Source: Bacilli bacterium
Lineage (GTDB): Bacteria > Bacillota_I > Bacilli_A > RFN20 > CAG-826
Assembly (NCBI GenBank): GCA_024409055.1
Contig: JAKSUL010000004.1
Location: forward strand, 4,010-68,009
DNA length: 64,000 nucleotides
Reading direction: 5' to 3'
In this document: positions 8,618 to 17,754 of the stretch, piece after piece
How the letters are laid out: each line of letters starts with the position of its first letter
Position numbering within the stretch: position 1 is the first letter of the stretch
Translations under genes and position numbers: made by a program
The notes under the pieces: generated by a model
Told to the model about the DNA's origin: nothing
Seen by the model: the letters and a program-made list of their open reading frames with translations, nothing else
Database searches by the model: none

Positions 8618-9103
8618 ATGGTTCTTAGAAAAGAAGCGGTTAATCAGATTAAAGAAATCTGCGCCCGCTACAAGGATGAGCCTTCTCCTTTAATGCTCAT
8701 TCTTTCCGACACACAAAAGGAATACGGGTACATCCCGCTCGAAGTCCAGGAAGTTATTTCTGGCGAGACTGGCATTCCGGTCTCTGAGATCTACGGAGTC
8801 GTCACTTTCTACTCCTTCTTCTCCCTCACCCCGAAAGGAAAATACGTCATCGGCTGCTGCGTTGGCACTGCCTGCTACGTCAAAGGCGGACAAAACGTCT
8901 TGGACAAGTTCGGTGAACTCCTCAAGATCAAACCGGGTGAAACCAGCGAAGACGGATTGTTCACCCTCGATGCCCTCCGTTGCATCGGTGCCTGCGGTAT
9001 CGCCCCGGCCATCTCCATCAACGGCAAGGTCTATCCGAAGGTTGCCTTAAGCGCAATCCCTGGCATCATCGCCGAATACAGAAAGAAAGCTCAGGAGGAA
9101 TAA
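8618..9103 (+). CDS. hydC: [FeFe] hydrogenase NuoE-like [2Fe-2S] subunit (HydC/HndA type)
   Basis: Thioredoxin-like [2Fe-2S] ferredoxin pattern CCVGTACYV...CIGACGIAP. It is the first gene of a three-gene operon with NuoF-like and HydA genes. Confidence 0.85.
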   Translation: MVLRKEAVNQIKEICARYKDEPSPLMLILSDTQKEYGYIPLEVQEVISGETGIPVSEIYGVVTFYSFFSLTPKGKYVIGCCVGTACYVKGGQNVLDKFGELLKIKPGETSEDGLFTLDALRCIGACGIAPAISINGKVYPKVALSAIPGIIAEYRKKAQEE

Positions 9104-9106
9104 TTC

Positions 9107-10984
9107 ATGGCTGAAAAGAAAATTGACAGCGTCAAAGCTCTTGAGGAAAAGACTGCTGCTTGCGCTAGCTGCTTAGAGAAGAAATTCTCCGGCCAAGATG
9201 GCAAGAGGCACATCCTCGTTTGCGGCGGAACTGGCTGCTTATCCAGCGAATCCCACGAAATCCTCGTCAGGATCCAAACTCTTATCAAAGAAAAAGGACT
9301 TGAGGACGTTTGCGAAGCCAACGTTGTTGGATGCTTCGGCTTCTGCTCCCAGGGACCTTTCGTCAAAATCTATCCGGAAGATCGCCTTTACCGCATGGTC
9401 AAGGTCTCCGATGCCGATAGGATCATTGAAGAAGATATCATCGGCAAAAAATGCATCACCGATCTTCTCTATGAAGACCCGAACACCCACGAGAAGATTG
9501 AGAAACAATCCGACATCAACTTCTACAAAAAGCAATTGCGTATCGCTCTCCATGGCTGCTCCAAGATCAACCCGACCGTCCTCGATGAGGCTCTCGGTGA
9601 CGGAGCCTTCCAGGGCTTAGTCAAAGCCTTGTCCATGACCCAGCAGCAAGTCGTCGACGAAATGTTGGCCTCTGGCTTAAGGGGACGTGGCGGCGCTGGC
9701 TTCCCGACCGGAAGAAAATGGCAGTTCGCTCTCAATCAAGTCAACGAAGATAAGTACGTCGTCTGCAACGGTGACGAAGGCGACCCGGGCGCATTCATGG
9801 ATCGTTCCATCCTTGAAGGTAACCCAGTCAACGTCATCGAAGGTATGATGATCGCCGGTTACGCTATCGGCGCCAAAAACGGTTACTTCTACGTCCGTGC
9901 TGAATACCCAATCGCTGTTGATAGGCTCCGCATCGCCATCAAAGAACTCGAAGAAGTCGGCTTATTGGGTGACAACATCCTCGGCTCTGGATTCAGCTTC
10001 AGAGTCCACCTCAGACTTGGCGCTGGCGCCTTCGTCTGCGGCGAAGAAACCGCTCTTCTTAACTCCATCGAAGGAAAACGTGGCATGCCGCGTCCTCGTC
10101 CGCCGTTCCCGGCCGTCAAAGGACTTTGGGGCAAGCCAACCATCATTAACAACGTCGAAACCTTGGCCAACGTTCCTTACATCATGAGGAATGGCGCTGC
10201 TGAGTTTGCTAAGCTCGGCACCGAAAAGAGCAAAGGAACCAAAGTCTTCGCTCTTGGCGGAAAAGTCAAGAACGTCGGCCTTGTCGAAGTTCCGATGGGA
10301 ACCACCGTCCGCGAGCTCGTTTACGATATCGGCGGCGGCGTTCCGAACAACAAAGACTTCCAAGCCATTCAGACCGGTGGACCTTCCGGCGGATGCTTAA
10401 CCAAAGACGAACTCGATACCCCAATCGATTACGATAACCTCGTTGCCAAGGGATCCATGATGGGTTCCGGCGGTGCCATCGTCATGGACGAAGACAACTG
10501 CATGGTCGACGTCGCTAAGTTCTATCTCGAATTCATCTGTGACGAATCCTGTGGTAAGTGCTCCCAGTGCCGTATCGGCACCAAGAGACTCCTCGAAATC
10601 GTCACCAAGATCACCGAGGGCAAAGGCGAGATGGAAGACCTCGAAAAACTCGAGACCCTCTCCAAATCCATCATGTCCGGTTCCTTGTGCGGACTCGGAC
10701 AGACCGCTCCTAACCCGGTCCTTTGCACCCTTACCAAATTCCGTGACGTTTATGTGAGACACATCGTCGACAAGAAGTGCGACGCCGGTGTCTGCAAATC
10801 CCTCATGGAATTCAAGATCGATGCCGACAAATGTAAGAAGTGCTCTCTCTGCGCTCGTAACTGCCCAGTCGATGCCATCACCGGCGTTGTTGGCAAAGAG
10901 CCGTTCAAGATTGACACTGCGAAGTGCATCAAGTGCGGTACCTGCATCACTGTTTGTAAGTTCGGTGCCGTTCATAAGGAGTAA
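9107..10984 (+). CDS. hydB: [FeFe] hydrogenase NuoF-like NAD(P)H/FMN subunit (HydB/HndC type)
   Basis: N-terminal [2Fe-2S] thioredoxin-like domain (VCGGTGC..CFGFCSQGP). NuoF core GRGGAGFPTGRKW, CNGDEGDPGAF and ESCGKCSQCR. C-terminal 2x[4Fe-4S] (CKKCSLCARNCP, CIKCGTCITVC). Confidence 0.9.
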   Translation: MAEKKIDSVKALEEKTAACASCLEKKFSGQDGKRHILVCGGTGCLSSESHEILVRIQTLIKEKGLEDVCEANVVGCFGFCSQGPFVKIYPEDRLYRMVKVSDADRIIEEDIIGKKCITDLLYEDPNTHEKIEKQSDINFYKKQLRIALHGCSKINPTVLDEALGDGAFQGLVKALSMTQQQVVDEMLASGLRGRGGAGFPTGRKWQFALNQVNEDKYVVCNGDEGDPGAFMDRSILEGNPVNVIEGMMIAGYAIGAKNGYFYVRAEYPIAVDRLRIAIKELEEVGLLGDNILGSGFSFRVHLRLGAGAFVCGEETALLNSIEGKRGMPRPRPPFPAVKGLWGKPTIINNVETLANVPYIMRNGAAEFAKLGTEKSKGTKVFALGGKVKNVGLVEVPMGTTVRELVYDIGGGVPNNKDFQAIQTGGPSGGCLTKDELDTPIDYDNLVAKGSMMGSGGAIVMDEDNCMVDVAKFYLEFICDESCGKCSQCRIGTKRLLEIVTKITEGKGEMEDLEKLETLSKSIMSGSLCGLGQTAPNPVLCTLTKFRDVYVRHIVDKKCDAGVCKSLMEFKIDADKCKKCSLCARNCPVDAITGVVGKEPFKIDTAKCIKCGTCITVCKFGAVHKE

Positions 10985-10989
10985 TTGCC

Positions 10990-12765
10990 ATGGCTAAGAT
11001 CACAATTTATTTCGAAAACATCCCATACAGCGTCGAAGACAATCTCACGATTCTCGAAGCCGCTAGGGTTTGCGGATACAACATCCCGTCCCTCTGCACC
11101 TACAAAAACGGCGAATGCTCTGTCGCTTCCTGCCGCGTTTGCTTGGTCAAAGTCGAAGGCGAGAGAAGGTTAGTCGCTTCCTGCGCTTACCCAGTCCGCG
11201 ACGGACTTAAAGTCTTCATCAACGATCCTGAGGCTGTTGTCGCCAGAAGGACTTCCGTTGAACTTATCCTTTCCAACCACAACATGGATTGCCAGACCTG
11301 CCGCAAGAACGGTCAGTGCGAACTCCTTGAGGTTGCCAAGCGTGTCGGCGCTGAGCCGAACAGATATCCTGGCGCCAAGACCGAGGTCACTCTCGATCAT
11401 CTTGCCCCGGGACTTGTCAGAGATACCTCCAAGTGTGTCTTGTGCGGACGCTGCATCGAAAGATGCAAAAACGCTCAGGGTATCGGTATCCTCGGCTTCG
11501 AAAACCGTGGTTTCAAGACCATCGTTTCCCCAGTTGCCAACCGTTCCTTCAGCAATGTTCCTTGCATCCAGTGCGGTCAGTGCACCCTCGTGTGCCCGAC
11601 TGGCGCTTTGATGGAAAACAACGAGATCTATAAGCTCGACAAAGCCTTCAAAGAAGGCAAATACGTCATCGTTCAGACTGCTCCGGCTGTCCGCGCCGCT
11701 CTCGGCGAGGAATTCGGTGATCCGGTCGGAACCGATGCCACCGGCAAAATGGTCGCCGCTCTCCGCCGTTTAGGCTTCTACCGCGTCTTCGACACCAACT
11801 TCGCTGCTGACCTTACCATCACCGAAGAGGCTTCCGAATTCGTTAAGAGAGTCGTCGACAAAGTTCCGGGACCGATGCTTACCTCCTGCTCTCCGGGCTG
11901 GATCAACTACATCGAATACTACTATCCTGAACTCCTCCCGCACCTCTCCTCCTGCAAATCTCCGCACGAGATGATGGGCGCTATCATCAAATCCTACTAT
12001 GCCGAAAAGAATGGCATCGACAAAGATAAGATCTGCGTCGTTTCCATCATGCCTTGCGTCGCCAAGAAGTATGAAAAGGAAAGGCCGGCCAACTCTGTCG
12101 ATGGTGTCCAAGACGTTGATGTCGTCTTGACCACCAGAGAGCTTGCCCAGCTCATCAAACGTTCTGGCATGATGTGGAAGAAGCTTCCGGAAGAGAAGTT
12201 CGACAACGACCTTCTCGGTGCCACGACTGGCGCCGCCGTTATCTTCGGCGTCACCGGTGGTGTTATGGAAGCCGCCGTCAGGACTGCTTATAACATCTTG
12301 ACCAAGAAAGAACTCGAACCGATCGAATTCACCGCTGTCCGTGGACTCCAGGGAATCAAAGAAGCCTCCGTTACAATCAATGGATTGACCGTTAACCTTG
12401 CCGTTTGCTCCGGCATGAAGAACGCCAAAGCCATCCTCGAATCCGTTAAGAACGGCACCTGCAAATATGACTTCGTCGAAGTCATGGGCTGCCCGGGCGG
12501 ATGCGTCAACGGCGGTGGACAACCATACGTCGCCAACATCTTCAAACCAAACGAAGAAGATGACATCATGGACACCTACATCCAGAAGAGAGCCGATGTT
12601 CTCTACAAATCTGACGAGAATTGCGAAGTCAGGAGGAGCCACCTCAATCCTGATGTCAACAAACTCTATCAGGATTACCTCGAGGCTTACGGATCCCACA
12701 AGGCTCACGAAATCCTCCACACCGAATACAATTCCAATAGGGAAAAGTATCCGAGCGACAAATAA
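10990..12765 (+). CDS. hydA: [FeFe] hydrogenase catalytic subunit (HydA), with variant P1 motif
   Basis: N-terminal [2Fe-2S] plus His-ligated and 2x[4Fe-4S] F-cluster domains. H-cluster motifs P2 IMPCVAKKYEKE and P3 VEVMGCPGGCVNGGGQP are present. P1 reads TSCSPGW instead of TSCCPxW. There is a C-terminal small-subunit-like extension. Confidence 0.9.
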   Translation: MAKITIYFENIPYSVEDNLTILEAARVCGYNIPSLCTYKNGECSVASCRVCLVKVEGERRLVASCAYPVRDGLKVFINDPEAVVARRTSVELILSNHNMDCQTCRKNGQCELLEVAKRVGAEPNRYPGAKTEVTLDHLAPGLVRDTSKCVLCGRCIERCKNAQGIGILGFENRGFKTIVSPVANRSFSNVPCIQCGQCTLVCPTGALMENNEIYKLDKAFKEGKYVIVQTAPAVRAALGEEFGDPVGTDATGKMVAALRRLGFYRVFDTNFAADLTITEEASEFVKRVVDKVPGPMLTSCSPGWINYIEYYYPELLPHLSSCKSPHEMMGAIIKSYYAEKNGIDKDKICVVSIMPCVAKKYEKERPANSVDGVQDVDVVLTTRELAQLIKRSGMMWKKLPEEKFDNDLLGATTGAAVIFGVTGGVMEAAVRTAYNILTKKELEPIEFTAVRGLQGIKEASVTINGLTVNLAVCSGMKNAKAILESVKNGTCKYDFVEVMGCPGGCVNGGGQPYVANIFKPNEEDDIMDTYIQKRADVLYKSDENCEVRRSHLNPDVNKLYQDYLEAYGSHKAHEILHTEYNSNREKYPSDK

Positions 12766-12775
12766 GCTCTAATAA

Positions 12776-12820
12776 GCAAAAAATGAGGCCGTGGCGTGTT
12801 AAACGCCTGGCCTCTTTTTG
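12776..12820. terminator. bidirectional terminator between hydA and the convergent Crp/Fnr gene
   Basis: GAGGCC...GGCCTC hairpin (12785-12814), flanked by AAAAAA upstream and TTTTT downstream. Confidence 0.6.
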
Positions 12821-12839
12821 TTATTTAGAGATATAGGTG

Positions 12840-13442
12840 TCAGTGGGTATTGGATTTTGTTATCGTCTTACTTCCTCTTTTGATTTTTCCTTCTTTTTCC
12901 AAATTAGAAATCAAACGCGATAACGTCTCTCTTCTTATATTAAGTTCTAATGCCAAATCAGTTATTGAACGAAAAGTGATCGAATCTCCATTTATCGACA
13001 GATAGTAAAAGAAACGTTCTTCGATATTTTGAATCGAAATAGTCTTTAACGCTTTGTTGAGACGATTTCCGCTTTGAGCGCTTAAGGTTAAATAATAAGA
13101 CAAGAATTCTCTATCGCTTGATAAGGCGGTTTCAAACTGTTCTTTTGAGAAGAAGGCAATCTTAGTGTTATCAGAAAAACTACTGACGTCCCCTCTATAT
13201 TTTCTACTTTTGCTGTAAATGAGGTTGTTCCCGAAGAATTCCCCTATCTCCACGTTTCTTAAATTAATGTCATTTCCCCTAGAGGTCACGGATGAAATCT
13301 TAATTTTTCCTGTGATCAAAAAACCGATTTGTCGGCATTCTTCGCCTTCATGGAATATCGTTTCCCCTAGGTCATATTGCTTTAATGAATATAAGGAAGG
13401 GTTTATTTTAGAAATATCAAACATAAGTGTGATTATAATCAC
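12840..13442 (-). CDS. Crp/Fnr family transcriptional regulator
   Basis: cNMP-binding-like beta-roll (FHEGEECRQIGFLITGKIKIS) plus a C-terminal HTH (RETLSRLISNLEKEGKI). The start is uncertain: GTG at 13442 or ATG at 13424. The gene is visibly AT-rich. Confidence 0.8.
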   Translation of the reverse strand: MIIITLMFDISKINPSLYSLKQYDLGETIFHEGEECRQIGFLITGKIKISSVTSRGNDINLRNVEIGEFFGNNLIYSKSRKYRGDVSSFSDNTKIAFFSKEQFETALSSDREFLSYYLTLSAQSGNRLNKALKTISIQNIEERFFYYLSINGDSITFRSITDLALELNIRRETLSRLISNLEKEGKIKRGSKTITKSNTH

Positions 13443-13443
13443 A
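13428..13443. promoter_or_regulatory. perfect 16-bp palindrome TGTGATTATAATCACA (CRP/FNR- or Rex-type core TGTGA-N6-TCACA)
   Basis: Read directly from the sequence. It lies in or at the 5' end of the Crp/Fnr gene, within the 46-bp divergent region shared with the substrate-binding-protein gene at 13489. TATAAT sits at its centre on both strands. Confidence 0.5.
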
Positions 13444-13488
13444 TACTTTCTTCTAGCAAACTCTTATTCTTTATACGAGGTATAAACC

Positions 13489-14460
13489 ATGAAAAAACAA
13501 ATTGTCTTGCTTACGATCCTTAGTTCGATGTTAGTTGGCTGCGGTGGAGGCAGCAACAGCGAATCATCTACGCCTTCCTATCCTTCTAGTTGGAATATTG
13601 TCACTCCGACTGGGGCTCCTGCGATTGCGTTCTATAATCACGCTAAAAATCCTCATTTCACGACGAACAGCACTCCAAGCAACATAGTTGCTATGATGAA
13701 TTCCCAATCCGATAAGGAAGTGGTGGTAATAGACACCGTCTCTGGCATCAAAGCCATCAACAAAGGGGCTCCTTATAAACTTGCTTCCACGATCACTTTG
13801 GGCAACTTCTACATCGCCGCTACAGGCAATGACGATGATGGAGTTATGAACGAAGGCGACACAATTGTTTTATTCGGGCAAAACCAAACCCCGGATCTTA
13901 TTTTCCATTATTTATATGGCGACAAATTTGACGCCTCGATTGAATACGTTACCGCGGTTAGTAACGCTGCCCAATGTTTGGCGAGTGGCAAAAACATCAT
14001 CACGTCCTCCACGGTTGACTATGTTTTCGTCGCCCAACCCGTCTTATTCGCTACATTAAATAACCAAAGCGCTCCAACATATGGAAAATCTAGCGTCTAT
14101 GCCGACGTTCAAGAGCTATATAAAGAAAAGTCAGGTGGAAAGTCTATGATTCAGGCTTCCGTCTTTGTTAAAGATTCCGTTAACGAAACTGAAAGAGGAC
14201 TATTCCTTGATAAGCTTAAAAGCGATATCGAAAACGGAATTGCTAACCCCGATTTAATCAAAGCCGGCATGGATGAACTTAGCGAAGAAGAACAATCTTC
14301 TATCTATGGCATAAAGTCCACCGTCGCTAAAGCGGTAGTCGGAAACGGCAATACGGTAGGCTTGGGCTACGTTAAAGCCAAAGAAAATAAAGCAGCCATT
14401 GATGCCTTTATATCACTATTCGGTATGGAGCCGACCAATGAGGAAATTTTCGTTAAATAA
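13489..14460 (+). CDS. ABC transporter substrate-binding lipoprotein (substrate unknown)
   Basis: Lipobox LSSMLVGC-GGG. It overlaps the downstream NitT/TauT-type permease gene. No specific family recognised. Confidence 0.6.
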   Translation: MKKQIVLLTILSSMLVGCGGGSNSESSTPSYPSSWNIVTPTGAPAIAFYNHAKNPHFTTNSTPSNIVAMMNSQSDKEVVVIDTVSGIKAINKGAPYKLASTITLGNFYIAATGNDDDGVMNEGDTIVLFGQNQTPDLIFHYLYGDKFDASIEYVTAVSNAAQCLASGKNIITSSTVDYVFVAQPVLFATLNNQSAPTYGKSSVYADVQELYKEKSGGKSMIQASVFVKDSVNETERGLFLDKLKSDIENGIANPDLIKAGMDELSEEEQSSIYGIKSTVAKAVVGNGNTVGLGYVKAKENKAAIDAFISLFGMEPTNEEIFVK

Positions 14461-15202
14461 ATACTTAGAGGCTATTACTGGAATAGTGCTGGTTCTAGTC
14501 ATATGGCTAGCTATCTCTTTTTCAATCGACGAAAGAACAATGGTTTTCCCAGATCCTTGGAAAACCGTTGAGGAATCTTTTCGTCTATTAGGGACCTCGT
14601 ATACGTGGTCTTGCATTGGGTTCACCCTTCTAAGGGTTGTCATCGGTTTCGCTATTTCTTTTGCCCTTGCGCTTGTTCTTGGTATCTTAGCCGGAAACAT
14701 ATCATTTATAAGAGGAGCGTTTAAGCCGATTTTGTCGGTTCTTAAATCAATTCCAACCGCGGCCTTGGTCTTTATGTTCTTGGTTTTGGTCGGCGCTAGA
14801 AGAGCCCCCGTTATGATGGTTGTGCTTATCTCTTTCCCGATACTTTACGAAGCGGTGGTGACGGGCATACAAAATATTGACGAATCGGTCATGATGGCCG
14901 CGAGAGTCGACGGAGCTTCCGGAATAAAACTCCTTGGAAATATCGAACTTCCTAATATTGGCTCTTACCTTGCTGTTGGAGTGGCTTCTAGTCTTGGCCT
15001 TTCTTTCAAAATCGAAATCATGGCGGAAATTCTTACTGGCGACACCAAAAACGGCCTTGGTTCCGCTATTTTGGCGGCGCAAAGAAACGATCCGACGAAC
15101 ATGGTTCCGATATTTGCTTATTCTTTGATCGCAATACTAATGTCTGCGCTTGTTTCATTTTCTCTCCTACTTTTCAAAAAATACGTTCTCCGTTTGAAAT
15201 AA
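14438..15202 (+). CDS. ABC transporter permease (NitT/TauT-like binding-protein-dependent family)
   Basis: Six predicted TM segments and an EAA-type loop MMAARVDGASGIKLLGNIELPNI. The ATG at 14438 overlaps the end of the substrate-binding-protein gene. Confidence 0.8.
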   Translation: MRKFSLNKYLEAITGIVLVLVIWLAISFSIDERTMVFPDPWKTVEESFRLLGTSYTWSCIGFTLLRVVIGFAISFALALVLGILAGNISFIRGAFKPILSVLKSIPTAALVFMFLVLVGARRAPVMMVVLISFPILYEAVVTGIQNIDESVMMAARVDGASGIKLLGNIELPNIGSYLAVGVASSLGLSFKIEIMAEILTGDTKNGLGSAILAAQRNDPTNMVPIFAYSLIAILMSALVSFSLLLFKKYVLRLK

Positions 15203-15352
15203 ATCTTTGAGACATAATGCATTATTGCATTATTTGACATTCGTTTTTCTTTTTTCGGTAAATCGGTAAAAGATAATCGTTTTGAATAGGTCGTTTGGCT
15301 TGTTTGGTACAAACGTATCGATATAATGAGTTTGAAGGTTAGAGGCAGAATA

Positions 15353-16654
15353 ATGATTGCAAAAACCAAAAAAATAGGTGGAACTGACAATCTTCTCTCA
15401 AGACGTCCAGCTATCCCGGCCCCAATTCCGGATTTTATCTATATCGCGGTTAATAACGCCCGTTGCCCAAGCGCCGACATTTTTGTTAAGGAAGGCGATC
15501 ACGTCAACTTATGCCAAGTCATCGGCGTTCGTCACGGCCCGTTCTTTGACCAGCCGATCCATTCAACTGTTTCCGGAACGATGGTCAAAATCGAGAAACA
15601 CTATCACCGCTGTGGCAAACTCGTCGATTTCATGAAGATCGAAAACGACCATTTGGATACACTAGATCCATCTGTCGTCGATCGCACCCCCGAGCAAGTC
15701 GAGGCTTTAACAAAAGACGAGATGATCCAAATCATCAAGGATTGCGCCTGTGTTGGCTTGGGCGGCTCTGGTTTCCCGACGTATATCAAGCTCCAGACCA
15801 AAGAAAAGATTGATCACATTTTAATAAACGGCATCGAATGCGAGCCTTATCTAGATACCGACCAAAGGTACATGATGGACCACGCCAAAGAAATCATCGG
15901 CGGAACCATGCTTCTTCAAAAGATGTATGGGGTCAAGGATGCGAGGATTTGTATTAAAGAGACGCACCCTGAAATCATCAACGACTTGCAAGCCATTTTA
16001 GACAAGCACTACAAGGATTCCGGCATCACCATTGCTAAGATGAAGAACTTCTATCCTCAGGGATGGGAAGTCGCCATGGTGAAAACCGCTTTGGGAATCG
16101 ATATGGAACCGGGAAAGATTCCTCCGATGTACGGCATCATGAATGTCAACGTCACCACGGTCGCCAGTATTTACCTCGCCATTTGGAATAACCGCCCGGT
16201 CACCGAAAGATATATGTCCGTGAACGGAAACGGTATCAACGCACCGTCTAACTTTGTCGTTCGCGTCGGTACGCCTGTCATCAATCTCGTTCACGCAGCC
16301 GGCGGATATAAAGGAGAGGAAAAGAAGATCCTCATCTTCGGAGGCCCGATGATGGGCGCCGCTCTTCCTAACGAAGACTGTATCGCCACAAAAACCGTTA
16401 CTTCGCTCATCGTAATGAACGAATCGAAAAAACCGGAAGCGCCGTGCATCCGTTGCGGATCATGCGTTCTTTCTTGTCCGCAGCATTTGCAGCCCGTCCT
16501 CATCATGGAGGCGGTTAAAGCCATGAACAAAGAAAACATTAAGGCTCTTAAACCCCTTAATTGCATGGAATGCGGCTTATGCACATATAGTTGCACATCC
16601 GGTATTCGCGTAACTGATTTTGTAAGGAGGGCAAAGATCATAGCTAAGCTTTGA
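15353..16654 (+). CDS. rnfC: Rnf complex subunit C
   Basis: GLGGSGFPTYIK nucleotide/FMN site and 2x[4Fe-4S] (CIRCGSCVLSCP, CMECGLCTYSC). The ATG at 15353 has a GAGG RBS; the 15326 alternative has none. Confidence 0.9.
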   Translation: MIAKTKKIGGTDNLLSRRPAIPAPIPDFIYIAVNNARCPSADIFVKEGDHVNLCQVIGVRHGPFFDQPIHSTVSGTMVKIEKHYHRCGKLVDFMKIENDHLDTLDPSVVDRTPEQVEALTKDEMIQIIKDCACVGLGGSGFPTYIKLQTKEKIDHILINGIECEPYLDTDQRYMMDHAKEIIGGTMLLQKMYGVKDARICIKETHPEIINDLQAILDKHYKDSGITIAKMKNFYPQGWEVAMVKTALGIDMEPGKIPPMYGIMNVNVTTVASIYLAIWNNRPVTERYMSVNGNGINAPSNFVVRVGTPVINLVHAAGGYKGEEKKILIFGGPMMGAALPNEDCIATKTVTSLIVMNESKKPEAPCIRCGSCVLSCPQHLQPVLIMEAVKAMNKENIKALKPLNCMECGLCTYSCTSGIRVTDFVRRAKIIAKL

Positions 16655-16665
16655 TCGATTTGATT

Positions 16666-17754
16666 ATGTTATTCGTCAAAGAAACATCCCCCCACATTAG
16701 ACGTAAAGATAGCCTTAGGATGATGCTTTTAAATGTCATCATCGCTTTGGCTCCAGTCGCTATTTGGGCATACATCGTTTACCCATTAAGCGCTTTGAGG
16801 ATTCTTCCTCTTTCCGTTGCTACGTGTGTCCTTTGTGAGTTCCTATTCGTCCTTATCACGAAGAAAGATCCAAAGGCCTTTACGTTAGAAAACATCCTTT
16901 CTTCCGTTGTAACTGGACTCATCTATGGATTATGCCTCCCGCCGTCACTTAGCTGGGATAACGGGGTCGGCTATTTCGTAGTCGTCTTTGGAGCCGCCTT
17001 TGGTATCACCATCGGAAAGCTTGTCTTCGGCGGTATCGGAAGCAACATCTTCAATCCTGCCGCTTTAGGCATGATCGTCGTTCGTATTTTCTGGAGCAGC
17101 ATCTGCAAAAGCGATGCCGGCGCCCTTGGTTTTATTATCATGGAACCGTTCGATACCTCCATTTCCGTCGGCGCGACCGCTCTATCTTATCCGGCCAGCT
17201 TATATGGCTCCGTCAATATGCTCGACCTTTTCTTGGGCCGCGTACCTGGCGCACTAGGCGAAACCTTCCATATCGCGATTCTTGCGGGGCTTGTTTATCT
17301 CCTTGTTACCAGAACAATTGACTGGAGAGTCTTTGTTTCCTATATGGGAACATTCATCACGCTTGGCCTTGCCGCTGGAATTGTGGCTTTGAATAAGGTT
17401 GGCACGAACCCGCTTTATTTCGCCGCCTATCAGCTTTTGTCTGGTGGTGTGTTATTCGGCGCCGTTTTCATGGTGACCGATCCAGTTACTGGGCCTATTG
17501 CCAGTCCAACCCGCTTTATCTATGGTGCCTTCGCCGCTATCATGGCCGCCATCATCAGATTGCTTGGCAGCTATAACGAAGGTGTCGGCCTCGGCGTCTT
17601 GCTTGCCAACATGTTTGCCTGCGTTCTCGACAATCCGAAATTCTCCGCTTCTCGTTGGAACAAGAAACACCTCATTGTTCTTGGTTCTGAAATCGGAGTT
17701 GCTCTTCTTATCGTCGTATTAACGCTTTGCTTTAAGGAAGGAGCTCTCAAATAA
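16666..17754 (+). CDS. rnfD: Rnf complex subunit D
   Basis: NqrB/RnfD polytopic membrane protein. Has the SPH motif near the N-terminus and the FMN-attachment region GAVFMVTDPVTGP. Confidence 0.9.
   Translation: MLFVKETSPHIRRKDSLRMMLLNVIIALAPVAIWAYIVYPLSALRILPLSVATCVLCEFLFVLITKKDPKAFTLENILSSVVTGLIYGLCLPPSLSWDNGVGYFVVVFGAAFGITIGKLVFGGIGSNIFNPAALGMIVVRIFWSSICKSDAGALGFIIMEPFDTSISVGATALSYPASLYGSVNMLDLFLGRVPGALGETFHIAILAGLVYLLVTRTIDWRVFVSYMGTFITLGLAAGIVALNKVGTNPLYFAAYQLLSGGVLFGAVFMVTDPVTGPIASPTRFIYGAFAAIMAAIIRLLGSYNEGVGLGVLLANMFACVLDNPKFSASRWNKKHLIVLGSEIGVALLIVVLTLCFKEGALK

Noticed and set aside
11770-12720. 316-aa ORF antisense to hydA, with similar antisense ORFs inside hydB (9962..10363, 10397..10975)
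   Set aside because: These lie entirely inside well-supported genes on the other strand. Their translations are low-complexity (Asp/Gly/Val/Phe-rich) with no motifs, typical of shadow ORFs produced by the codon bias of the sense gene.
15214-15233. Hairpin ATAATGCA-TTAT-TGCATTAT after the ABC permease, followed by TTGACA
   Set aside because: It could be a weak terminator or an operator upstream of rnfC. However, the stem is AT-rich, there is no proper T-tract, and the putative -10 is poor, so I could not support either call.
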